Shown: positions 1-11,884 of the stretch, one piece after another | Position numbering within the stretch: position 1 is the stretch's first letter | Layout of the letters: each line of letters begins with the position of its first letter | Assembly: GCA_025594325.1 (NCBI GenBank) | Contig: JANHCV010000012.1 | Location: 1,240,001-1,304,000, forward strand | DNA length: 64,000 nt | Direction of reading: 5' to 3' | From: Blastocladiella emersonii ATCC 22665 | Lineage: Eukaryota; Fungi; Blastocladiomycota | Made by a program: the position numbers and the translations under genes | Notes under the pieces: model-generated | Database searches by the model: none | What the model saw: the letters and a program-made list of their open reading frames with translations, nothing else | Told to the model about the DNA's origin: nothing

Positions 1-940
1 CGGCGTTCCTTGCTTCACCTGACCGCTCTTGTGTTCCGTCTTTGTTCTTCCGGGTGTCCTTGCAATTTCCTAGACTCGTGCGTTTCACACTTGTCAGAAA
101 TCTCTGCTTGTCCAGCCCGTTGTTTGCTCCCGACTACAAGGTGGACCTCGCAGAGCGTTGTCTTGTGCTCGGACTTGGTGTTTTCACTCATTGGCCTGAT
201 CGCTGAGACCCCGGCTCCGACACCGCACATGGCGCGGATCGCGGAGCCGCACATGACCGCCGCGCATGCGCTGGCTGGCGCGCAGATCTCGTGCCATTAT
301 GTAGTGGACAAGCACGGGGAGTTGCTTGACCTCAGTGTCGCCGCGCTTGATATCATTGTTTGTCAGCAAACGTGCTCGACGACGCGGCGCTGCTCGTATT
401 TGAGCCCTTGAAGGTATCGGGCGAGCTGCTCCTGCTGCACGAGCTGCACATGGACAGCCACCAGTGTGACTCTGCCGTCTGCTTGAACGGGTCAAGCGCG
501 AGGCGGCTCCACTGAGCTTTCTGCTGCAAACTGACCAGTGTCCTCCTTGGCCGTTCTGGCCAGGTTGGTGTTGTTGACAAGTTGTGGGAGCCACGCCGAA
601 TCTGAGTCAACCTTGAGCAGCTGCTGACTAAGCTCAAGCAGCAGAGCAGGCACGGGCGCGTTCGCGTTCGAGTTCGAGAGCAGTAAATATTGATCTAATG
701 ACATGAAGAGCATCGCCGCGTGCTGGTCGTCCTGAGGTGATGGACAAGGTTTTGTGCAGGAACGCGTCGTTGCCGTGAGCTACTTGCGCGATGCCAACGG
801 GCACGATCTCGCCGTCAGTTTCGTCGTCGTTACCCACGCCAGTACCGTCGGCCCGTTGAAGGTCGACCTACTTGGGCGTCGCCTGTTGTCGGCCTCGGAA
901 TTGGCAATCAGCTTGCCAGGCGATGCGTTCACGTAACGCG
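1..940 (-). repeat. Left arm of long inverted repeat (reverse complement of ~4425-5432); probably continues left of the window
   Basis: Base 1 onward is the reverse complement of 5432 downward. ORF-track translations are identical in several frames (10..411/5022..5522, 492..713/4720..4941, 634..837/4596..4799, 353..637/4796..5080), and matching coordinates sum to 5433. Confidence 0.95.
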
Positions 941-3900
941 TACGACAGGCTCGCCAAGATCAAGGAGCAGCTCAAGTCGTCGCGCGCGTCGTCCAAGGGC
1001 AAGAGGTTTCTCTCGCCCAAGGATGCCCTCGCCAACTACTTCCTTGTCGGGTCCTTCAAGGTGCTTGACTCGCTGTCCGTGTTCGAGTGGCTCGCCATCG
1101 CGCTCACCTACGTCTTGAGCCTCATCTCGGTCGTCTTGGGCGGTGCTGGCCAGGCGCTGCAGTCGTACTCCCTGCTTTGGGACGGCTCCAAGGGCCCGAT
1201 CTTTGACGGCGCGCTGCCCAACGTCGCAAACCTGCGTGCCTGTGATGCTGCATACGTTGCTTTTGCAAGGTCCATCTCCCGTACTACAGCTCACTGACTC
1301 GCGCTGTATTGCAGGCCGCGCCACCAAGCGCAGTGCACCCGCCGCTCCCAAGCCCGCAAACAAGCGCCTCCACAACGAGTTGCACACGCGCAAGCACACG
1401 ACCAAAAGTTTCCTGTCTTTACATTCATAAATCCTACAGTACCGAAGTATCTATCTGTTCATCCCAAGTGCGTGTTGCAGCGAGTCGCTGCCGGCGAGAG
1501 GGCGCCTTGGCCAGAGCCCCGCACAGTGGTCACCCGACAGTGCTGGGTGGGTGTACTGGCAATTCACCCCGTGGTCTACGTCTTCGTACTTGGGTACAGC
1601 CCCAACAAGTGCACACAATTCTTTATGAAGAGCAACTGCATAGTATTCCCGCAGAACACGCAGGACATCCTCGAGGCCATGTTGCCGCACGCCGAGTCCG
1701 ACATGGCCAACACCGTTCACGTCGTGCTCGTTGGCTCCAACGTGTCGCTCACGCCCGAGATGAAGAAGATGCTCACGGTTCGCCGTCACGTCGTTCTCGC
1801 TGCTCTCCGGTGGCTCAAGGAGCACAACCCGTACTACGCTGACATTATCATCGACATGGACCGCATCAACGCGCTCCCCGAGGACGGCATGCTGCCCAGC
1901 ATGGAGTCGCGCGCCACGCGCGTCGACAACGCCGAGTTCGAGGCGAGCGAGCGCAGCGGGGTGCACGACGACAACCTGCAGGCCAAGGACTCGGCGAGTG
2001 CGCCGCCGGCTCAGATGGTCGAGAGTACGCAACCTTGCTCTTGCGACGCGCCACTCATGTGCCATGGCGCAACCTGAAACACGGCCCGATCACTGACTTT
2101 ATCACCTCGCCGTCTTGCCGTGTAGCGCTCTTCGAATCGGTCGGCGTGTTCCGAAACCCGAACAACAACGACAACAACTCGGTCGTCATGCAGTCTCTCC
2201 AACAACTCTACACGATCAAGAACACGCAACCCGCCAGCGCGGGCGGCGGCTCGACCGATCCGCCTGCTCAGGTGCTGCAGGTGCCCGTGGGCTCGACGCC
2301 CGTGAGCGAGTACTCGGTCTGGTTCATGGCCATGGCGTTCCCGGTGCTCTTCCCGTACGCCACTGGCGGGTTAAACCACGAGCGCGCACCATGGCGCAGC
2401 CACGCTTGAGCGCTCCTCCTGAACACGGACCGTCGTCAATTCGCCGAGCACAGTGCCCTCATGTTCGTTGTCAACAACATGATCCTCAAGAAGCTCATTG
2501 GGTACAAGACGCGGTGCCGTGTTCCTCGCGCGCTTGACAACACGGCCGCAGCAACCATGCACGGCATCTCGTTTGCCACGCTAGACACAAACCTCGAGCT
2601 CGCCAAACAGGGCAAGACGGTGCAGCTTGATGGTCAAGTTCGGAGTCTCCTCTGATGGGTCCGGATCGCCGGGGCCCGCTTCCCCGGATCTCCGAGCCGG
2701 TTTCAAACCAGGCGGCAGGAGATGCGCGCCCTGATCCTGTTCTTGGGTCTGCCCGACTTTTTCGTGACGCTCAACTCGTACGACGTCAACTCGCCGATCG
2801 TCGCCATCATGGCGGGTCTCTCGCGCGACATTGTCATGGACATGGACAGCATTGTTTGCGCGGGCGCACAAGCGTTGAGCGTTCGCGGCGCGCGATCCAG
2901 TCGCCGCCGCATCGCCATCCCAGCCAGCCCCTCGATCTCGCAGCAGTTGGGAAAGCTGGAAAAGTGGCTGGAGTTCGGCCGAGAATGAACAAGCTAGGGC
3001 TGAGACGTCATCGAATTTTCGTTAGCTCGCTCAAGCTTGAGGCTGGTGCGGCGCTCGGTTCTTCAACGCGGTCGTCACGACCATCCTCAACAACCTGATT
3101 ATGGGCACAGCGTCCTTGGTCCCATCAAAGGGTACTTCAGCATCTTCGAGGCGGAGGGGCGCGGCACGCTGCACATCCACGTCCTCATCAGGAGCCCCAA
3201 CATGCCAAGTCAGGCAGCGATCGCGCGCAACATTCAGCTACTCGGTCAAGCGTACATTGACAGCATCGTCCCGTACCTCGATGGCGTCTTCAGCAACGGC
3301 CTATACTCGCTCAATGATGGACGCGTGCGCTGTGGCATACCGCCCGCTGCAGCGCTGCCGCTCACGCAGTCCTCCTGTGCAAATCAACCTGCTACTGCTC
3401 CGCTCCGCGACGCGCAACCCAGCGAGACGGCTCCGGTCCGGTGCACGACAGTCAACAACCTCGCTGGCACGCGGAAGCCCTTTGACCTCACGGGCCGCGA
3501 GCATCCAGCGTGGACCGGTCTGCCCGAGTTGGTCAACACGGCCATCAAGCTTTTCGCGCACATTAACAACGTGCTCCAGGAGAGCATGATGCACAAGCAC
3601 GGGTGCATGTGCTACAAGAACGCTCTTGGTTGGCTCCATTCTGCGCAGCCTCATCAACCGCTCAACCACATTGCAGGAGATCAGCAGATCACGCTCGACC
3701 TGATCCGCAAAGGCAAGGAGACGTGGGTCTACACGACGTACAGCTTCGCACAAGTCCCTCTCTCCTACCAGTTCCTGCGCATGGTCACAAACGCGGCGGG
3801 CTTGGACGCGGCGAGCAACATGACTGACGAGCAGCGCAAAAGCAAGGACGGCGCCGCGGCAGTTGACGATGATCGCAATCGCGATCGCGAGCAGGAAGAC

Positions 3901-5430
3901 GACGAGAACGTCGATGTGCGCGTCACGTTCTCCAACCGCCCGATCACCAACGAGGTCACGATCGCCAACCACGACATGCACCGGCCCGACGAGCCCGAGT
4001 CGCTCTCGCTCTACGACTTTGTCCGGTGCTGTCGCGTGGAGCCCATCAAGCCCGAGACGAACCGCTCTTAGCAATCCTTGCCTGACGACGATGCCAACGA
4101 CAGCAACGCGCCGCGCGCCAAGCGTGGTCGCCACGCCGAGCCACAGCACAAGTTCCGCGGCACGCATCCAGCTGTCAACAAGCTCATTGTGGCGATGCGC
4201 GCGACCAAAGTCGCTCCTGTGCCGCTTTCAACAAGCAGGTCAGCTAGTCGTCCGACTTTGGCAGCACCGAGTCGCGCGCGATGATTTCCATGATCCTGTT
4301 CAAGCCGTTCCGAGCCACCAACGAGGTGGTCCCGGCTCACGGCGAGACGTGGTCACAGACTCTCGATCTCTTCAAGAACAAGCTCGAGCAGGGCAGCGAC
4401 CGTCTCTGGTGGATCAACAATTTCCGCGCCTACGTGAACACGTCGCCTGGCAAGCTGATCGCCAATTCCTAGGCCGACAACAGGCGACGCCCGAGTAGGT
4501 CGACCTTCAACGGGCCGACAGAGTTGGAGTAATCGCTGTGTCATGGCACATGCGTTTTAGTCCACTCTCGCTTCCCTTCTTCAGACGGTACTGGCGTGGG
4601 TAACGACGACGAAACTGACGGCGAGATCGTGCCCGTTGGCATCGCGCAAGTAGCTCACGGCAACGACGCGTTCCTGCACAAAACCTTGTCCATCACCTCA
4701 GGACGACCAGCACGCGGCGATGCTCTTCATGTCATTAGATCAATATTTACTGCTCTCGAACTCGAACGCGAACGCGCCCGTGCCTGCTCTGCTGCTTGAG
4801 CTTAGTCAGCAGCTGCTCAAGGTTGACTCAGATTCGGCGTGGCTCCCACAACTTGTCAACAACACCAACCTGGCCAGAACGGCCAAGGAGGACACTGGTC
4901 AGTTTGCAGCAGAAAGCTCAGTGGAGCCGCCTCGCGCTTGACCCGTTCAAGCAGACGGCAGAGTCACACTGGTGGCTGTCCATGTGCAGCTCGTGCAGCA
5001 GGAGCAGCTCGCCCGATACCTTCAAGGGCTCAAATACGAGCAGCGCCGCGTCGTCGAGCACGTTTGCTGACAAACAATGATATCAAGCGCGGCGACACTG
5101 AGGTCAAGCAACTCCCCGTGCTTGTCCACTACATAATGGCACGAGATCTGCGCGCCAGCCAGCGCATGCGCGGCGGTCATGTGCGGCTCCGCGATCCGCG
5201 CCATGTGCGGTGTCGGAGCCGGGGTCTCAGCGATCAGGCCAATGAGTGAAAACACCAAGTCCGAGCACAAGACAACGCTCTGCGAGGTCCACCTTGTAGT
5301 CGGGAGCAAACAACGGGCTGGACAAGCAGAGATTTCTGACAAGTGTGAAACGCACGAGTCTAGGAAATTGCAAGGACACCCGGAAGAACAAAGACGGAAC
5401 ACAAGAGCGGTCAGGTGAAGCAAGGAACGC
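940..5430 (+). mobile_element. Decayed Helitron-like Rep(-helicase) element with frameshifts and stops
   Basis: P.DALAN..L.G..L..LSVFE.L.IA and IVFPQ...LTVRRHVVLAALRWLKEHNPYYADI (DUF6570-like); AFPVLFPYATGG; GLPDFFVTLN (Helitron_like_N); FEAEGRGTLHIHVLI (HUH Rep motif); HKHGCMCYK; LFKPFR...ETW. These motifs are spread over different frames. Confidence 0.85.
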
Positions 5431-5432
5431 CG
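4425..5432 (+). repeat. Right arm of long inverted repeat
   Basis: Matches the reverse complement of 1-940 and carries an extra 67 bp (4520-4586) absent from the left arm. Confidence 0.95.
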
Positions 5433-5606
5433 TGCGGGGCGCGAGAAAAAACACGACCAGAGCCGAGGTTGGCATATCCGGCTCGGATGGGGCTTGCAGT
5501 CAACACATAGAGTCCGTTGCATAGAGTTAGGCTAAGTTAAGGGTGGAGGGGGTGCGCGGGGTGAGGCAGTGAGGTGAAAGAGTGACGGACGGGCGTCAGT
5601 CGCGAT

Positions 5607-5907
5607 TAGAGACCTTGCGAAAAGTCGGGGCCGACTTTCGTCCTGGCCCCACGCTTTCAGCCACGCGGTGTGGCGTAATGCACAGGCCCGCTCGAGCGCC
5701 AGGCCCGACTTTTCTCGGGGCCCCCGACTTTTCTCGGGGTCGGCCCTGCGCAAGCGCTCGAGGTGCCAGATCAGGGAGCGGTCGAGCGGGGAGGGTCTCG
5801 CTAGGTCTCGCTGAAAAGCCTTGCAGCCAACGTGGCCCGCGCGCGCGTGAAGCAAGCCACCGCGGCCTCCGCTCAAAAGTTGGCCCCGACTTTTCGCAAG
5901 GTCTCTA
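5607..5907. mobile_element. MITE (~300 bp) with ~30-bp terminal inverted repeats
   Basis: TAGAGACCTTGCGAAAAGTCGGGGCCGACTTT ... AAAGTTGGCCCCGACTTTTCGCAAGGTCTCTA. Flanks read as either a TA or an ATT duplication. Internal repeats of CCCGACTTTTCTCGGGG. Confidence 0.85.
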
Positions 5908-6084
5908 TTCGGACGCGGGCGGGCGCGCGGCGCGGCGCGGCAGTGAGGTGCGCTGCGCGTGCGCGAGCCGCGCGCTGCCCACGGGAGCGGAACTAGGCGA
6001 GGTGAGGCGGTGAGCACACTCTGCAACCACGGAGCACCACAAGCCACCATGAGCGAGGTGGAGGTGATGCGCGTACCCGTGCAT

Positions 6085-6715
6085 GAGGTCGATGAGGTCG
6101 ATGAAGTCGATGAAGTCGATGAAGTCGATGAGGAAGGAGAAGAGGTCGGTCGAGTCAAGGTCGATGTGCTGCTGCTGCTGCGTGCTGCTGCGTGCTGCTG
6201 CGTGCTGCTGCGTGCTGCTGCGTGCTGTGGTTGGTGATGGACGCGCGTTGGAGAGTTGAGAGACGAGCGCGCGGCGCGGGCGGGTGGGAGCGAGCGAGTA
6301 CCGGGGTAGTAGTCGAGGATCATCATCTTGAGGGAGCGGGAGCACGTCAAGTCAAGGAACGCGAGCTTGAACTTGAGGAACGGGAGCACGTCAAGTCAAG
6401 GAGCGCGAGCACGTCAAGTCTTGAACATGAGGAACAGGAGCACGTCAAGTCTTGAACATGAGGAACGGGAGCACGTTGAGTCGAGGAACGCGAGGAACAG
6501 AGAGGAACACGTCAAACGACGACCACGAGCTTGAACTTGAGCTTGAGCTTGAGCTTGAGCTTGAGCTTGAACTCGAAGAACTCGAAGAACTCGAACTCGT
6601 TGGTCTTGTTGGCGAGCTGGAGCTGGACAACGACGACGCGCGGGAACGCGGGAACGCGGGCGGGATGTGGAACGCGAGGGAGTCGGCGAGGCGGCGAGGC
6701 GGCGAGGCGCGTTGG
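6085..6715. repeat. Composite cluster of short tandem repeats
   Basis: (GARGTCGAT)5, (CGTGCTGCTG)~5, repeated GAGCACGTCAAGTC-containing units, (GAGCTT)n, (GAACTCGAA)n, (CGCGGGAA)n, (GGCGAGGC)n. Confidence 0.9.
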
Positions 6716-9700
6716 CGTGAGTGTCGAGATTTGATTTGAGAACTTGAGCGTCGCCGGCGTTGTCCGTTGTCGAGAACGTGTGCGGGCGGCGGGGCGTCTT
6801 GATCCTGACCTTGGGCTTGTCGGCCTTCTCCATCTTGATCTCGTTGCGCATAGCCCCCATGAGCAGCAGCTGGACGCGCGACGTCGTCACCGCTTGTGCG
6901 TCTCTTGACCTTGATGCGCCCGAGTAGCTCTTGACTGCGCACCGATCGTCTTGCAGCAGCCCTTGCGTCGTGTGCTACGCGATGTATCTACACGGATCCG
7001 GACGCGTACCGTGAGCGTATGACGGCGGCGACCCAGCCCACATGTACCTGCGCGTCCGTCACTGCGCCAAGCGATGCGTGGTAGTGCTGCCCGGTCGTCT
7101 AGCCTGCGGTTGCAATGAGTCGGAGATGTTGTACGGAGGATCGGGATAGCGTTGCAATATCGCGGAGAGAGAGAGGGGAAGCTCGACGCGTTGGTGATGA
7201 ACAAGCTTGCCCGTGACGCGTTGCGCCGCGCCGCCGTCTCCCTCCAGCTGCCTTCCGCGCCGCGCCACTTGAGAGACAATTCTCATGTGCCTGATCCCCC
7301 GTGACCATGACGCCTTCGAGGGTCCATGCCCGCGGTAGCGCGCTGAGGCACCCGGCCCCGATTGAGGCGTCCCTGCCGCTACGGGGCTGGCGCGTCACAC
7401 CCTGCGTCACACCATCAAGTTTGGCAGGACGTCCCGCCGGTTCCACTCAAGATTGTCTCCCACGACACGTACTCCACGCGTGTCGCCGTGACCGTCTCGT
7501 ATGGAGCTATCATGTATGCGCTACTGGTCATCGACTACATGCACCAGCGTCGCTCATGTCGGCCGACCCAAACGCGACCTTGGTTCGCGCGGTGGGCGCT
7601 CGGCATCGAACCCGACCGTTCACCGCGCTCCGGAGCTGGCCGTCCGTGTGCTCGGACACCTGGAGAAGGTCCTCCGGTACTTTGGCCCAAGGGCATCCGA
7701 GCCCGATCCGTTGATGGACACGACCTCGGACACGGAGGAAACCGCTCCCCGGCGCGCGTACAGCGGATCGGCCTCGGGACTTGACCTTGCCCAGTCCGGC
7801 GCTTCTCGACCAAACTTCCTTCTCCATGCCACAGCCGCTCGATCCATCCGCCCTTCCTCCTCCACCGTCGGCCCATCCCGTACAACGCGTCTGCCGAAGC
7901 TTCCAACGTCGGTGCAGCGCGCACGCACGTCCCCGAGCCGACTCTCACATTTTGCTCCATGGCTTCTCGGATCGGGGACCTCAGCGGACAGAAAGAGAGG
8001 ACGGACGAGCGGCGCCGCAAACCGGAACGGCGGCTACCGCTTGGCCTCGAGTTGTGTTGCCCGCGCCGTTGTTTGGAGTTCGGGGGGCCGCGTTCCCACC
8101 ACGCAGTCGCCCCTCGCACGTCTCCTCGCGCCGCGCGCCTCGCAATTCGCGCTTCCGCTCCCATGGGAACGCGCCGTGTTCGCGCACACGGCCCGCCTGC
8201 CGTTGCTGGCCCACGCGATGCGCCACATCGCGGCTTGCAAACGAGCCGGCTCCGTTGGCCGGCCCGGCCGCCGGCCTCGACGTGATCGCGCGTCCCGGTC
8301 GTCTCCACCCCCGCTTGCGCACCTCGACGGACAATGGGCTGATTGACTTGGCGGAGCTCTCTCACGGTCCTCGCCGGACTCTCGTCGGGACCTGCTTGAT
8401 AGTGCTCCTGACGACCAAGCTGGTCGCCCTTCGAGCTCCGCCGCGAGCCTCGCCTCGAGCTCCGGACCGGCTCGATCTCCGCGACCTTGGCCGACTGCGG
8501 GCAGCTCGGACATGCTAATAGTCCTGTCGATGCACGCCCGTCTCGCAAGCATGGCTGATCGCACGCCTACGCTACTGTTACGTCGCGAAGCCCGCGATGC
8601 CCCCTGCCGCGCTCTCAGGCGCCGATCCCGTTCACGGCCGGCTTCTTCGGAGAGCAGCTGCTCTCCAACCCACACGTGTGAGTATTGCGTGGCTCCACGG
8701 CCGAGCCCCTGCACTCCGTGGTCGCGGGCGCAGCGGGTGCCCATGCTCCCTCTCTCTCTTGAACGGCCCTCTTGGGGACCTCCAGCTGATGCAAAGTACC
8801 CACGAAGCTCATGCAAGATGATTGCCGTCCCATGAATGAGGCGCTCGAGCTGCCGTTCGGCCCGCGTTGTCTCGCCGCACGCAGCAGTCGCTCGCTCTGC
8901 TGCGTCGGGCGTTCGCTGCCAACGACGCCGCCGCTGATTGCTTTCCGGACTTGACCGCGACCTGCTGCAATGAGACTTGCGCTTCACTTGCAGGTGCTCG
9001 TCCTCGATCTGCGCTTTCTGGGCACCGGGCACTCTGCGTTCAATCCGTCGTCCGTTGTGGCCGCATCCACCGCCTGCTGGCTCGGTCCGCTTCGAGTAGT
9101 CCTTTCCGCTCAGCCTCGATCGCTCGACTTCGCCTTGACAGCGCGATCCGCCCTACCCTCCCGTCGCTGCGATCGACTTCTCGCCGGGCACCCACTCACT
9201 CGTAGCACCGCTTGCCGCGCTTCCATGCCGTACCCCCGGTACGCACGCCGGTGGCCTCGAAGCCACGTTCGCTTCCCTGTTTCTGCTACTCCTGGACTCG
9301 ATCCGCACACGACCGTGGCAAGATCACGGCCTGGTCGCGCTCCTAACTCACCTTACCCAAGTCTTGAGCACACGGTGCCGGCCCTGGCCGCGGTGTTCTC
9401 GCGCGGGCTCGCATCTCGCTCGTCGCGTTTCTTGAGTGCCCCGACGACGTCAGCGCAGGTTCGCTCTGACGTCTGGAAGGCCATTCTTGCCTCGTTCGTC
9501 GAGCCGCTCGGTGAGCTTCCCTGTACTGCTCAAATCGCGTACAATGAGGTGGATTCGCACGGCAGCGTCGATCTGTTGTCGGTACGGGCGCACTTTGCCG
9601 CACTTGGCCAGCTTTCTGAGTGGTCTGCTTGCATCCTTGGTCGCTACAGGAGCGTGGCCACGATTGCACTCTGCTGCGCTCTTCGCGATCACGGCGGCTC

Positions 9701-10074
9701 CGGCACTCTCGCTGCGGCGCGAGCCTTGTTTTCTTTAGTCTCTGCTCCGTCACCGCGCTGGTTGAGTATGTCGTGTTCGAGCAACCGTCCTGCGTCATGT
9801 ATACGCGCGGCCTCGACATGCTGTTGGTTCTCAAGTCGCTGTGCGCCTCGGCCTGAGCGACACACAGTCGCGATCGTCCTCGTTCGCGTGCGCGAGGCAC
9901 GCATGGCTCAGACTGGCCTTCGGCTCGCGTGCACGCGCTCGCTTTCTGGCAATGGCGCCCACGTGGGCCGTCCGACGCCCAAAGCTGCAGGCGCTCGGTC
10001 CCTGCGAGTTTGACACGAAACGTCCCTGTCCTCCGTGCGCGTCCCTGCTCTCCAGTCGACTGATGAAACTTATC

Positions 10075-11411
10075 ATGTATCACACGCTCCTTCTGGCCTT
10101 AGTCGCCGCGCTGGCCGTTCAGCCGGGCGCCGCAAGTGAGTTCGAGTACGCGACGCTTGCGCCGTTGATCCCGCTGCGCTCTCAGCTGCTCACCATCCAC
10201 GAGCTCGCAACGGACACAGTGCCATGATCTCCCTCGTTGGCATGGCGCACATCCAGGACGGTCGGTTCCACAACACGGGACGGTGTATCGACTTCTCTGA
10301 GGCCACGGCGAGTGCGTGACTTCCCGCTCTAACACTACAGGCCGCCGGATCACTTACTGTGCTGTGTGTGTGGATAGACGGCGAGTCGGCCAAGGCGCAG
10401 CTGTGGTCGTGCAATAACCGCTTCGACGGGGAGCGCTCGCCGCACGACCACATCATCGTTGACCGAGACTTTGACCGTCTTCCTTACGAGTACGATCAGC
10501 AGCGGAGCGGGCACGTCTCCGTCGCCCTGACCAGTTCCCTCGCGTAGGATCCGTCACCGCCACGATGGCGTCGATTATTGCCTCGACGTCGCGAACGGCG
10601 AGGCCTACACGGGCGCCGAGGTGCGCTGGTGGACGTGGTACGGCGACGATCCTGCATTCCGACCTCACAGGCCGCCTTGGTAACCGTTTCCTCACTCATC
10701 TCAACTAGCAACGAAACTAAGGCGCAGCGGTGGCGATTCATCGTCTCCTCCACGTTTATCAGCTCCTACCTCGGCCGAGATGTCGGCTATTGCCTCACTG
10801 CTGAGAACGGTACGCTCGTCGTCACCTTTCGCGCGTGATCGCGTACTGACACGATCAGACGAGGATCAGGTCCCAACAACGACTGGAACGGCCAGCGCCT
10901 CGTGCTGACGCCCTGCGCGGGCCGCAACGAGCAGATCTTCTCGCTCGTCACCTCGGGCACCAACGGCCTGTACGACATGCAGCGCGAGTGTCGCGCCAAC
11001 GGCCGATCGGGCGTCTCGTGGTGCGCGTTTCGGTGCGAGTACCGCGAGCAGTGGAAGCCGTTCTGGTACGACGGCGTCACCTACTCATGCGGCCGCCCCG
11101 ACGGGATCGACGGCGCCGACGTGTGCGTCTCGGCGCTCGACCCGGACCAGTACCCGCACGACTGGAACTACGAGGAGAACCTGTGCACGTGCGAGTGCGA
11201 GTCGATCGTCGGGTCCGAGTCGGTGGGCGCCAGCGCCAGCGGCAGCGGCGGCAAGCGGGTGAAGAAGTGGCGCGTCCCGCTCAAAAGCGAGCGCGGTGGT
11301 GGTCCTGCGACCAAGCTGGCGTCTAGTGTCGCTTCTGTCACGATGGCGAGGTCGGCGACCACGATCGCGGCGACCGCCGTCCCGACCCTGAACGTTCGTG
11401 GCCGCCGGTAG
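10075..11411 (+). CDS. Secreted ricin-B-like lectin + Cys-rich C-terminal domain, multi-exon (paralog 1)
   Basis: Signal peptide MYHTLLLALVAALAVQPGAA; spliced exons give RCIDFSEA, AQLWSC, YCLDVANGEAYTGAEVRWW, AQRWRF, QRLVLTPC (ricin-like Cys/QxW pattern); canonical introns. Start could be 10063. Confidence 0.75.
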
Positions 11412-11884
11412 TCCGACCATGCGGTGCGCACGAAATCAAGGCGGTTTCCTCCATCTGTTTGCTCAATGGTTGCGTTGCAGCAAGTAGAATACAATTATAT
11501 TCCCTGCAGAGTCCATTCTCGTCGATTGTGGAGGAGGATAGGCGTGAGCTTGAGCCGCAACACTTCAAACGGCTGGTCGACGACGCGCCGCGTCCTCGCT
11601 CCCCTCTCGCGAACGATGTGATCAAATGAACGTGAGCCTCGTATATGACCTTGCTTAAGATGCATCGGAGTGATGGGACAGCCGCGGGATGAACATGTAA
11701 GTCAACGGTCAAGGCCGCGGATACAGTAGCTTTCCCGTGCGGGACAGCGTTCGCCGCGGAGCGGCCGAGACGCCATATGGTGAGAGCTTTGTCACGGCGA
11801 CCTGTGCAAGTGGTATGCGTTGAGTACCTCGAGAAAGATATCGCGTGTATGGAACATTCGGCGAGAGAGTCGCACGTACGGCTC

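Noticed and set aside
7300-10000. Overlapping long ORFs (7501..8346, 8034..9032, 8970..10013)
   Set aside because: No recognisable motif, consistent frame or splice model; at most decayed sequence near 9450-9850.
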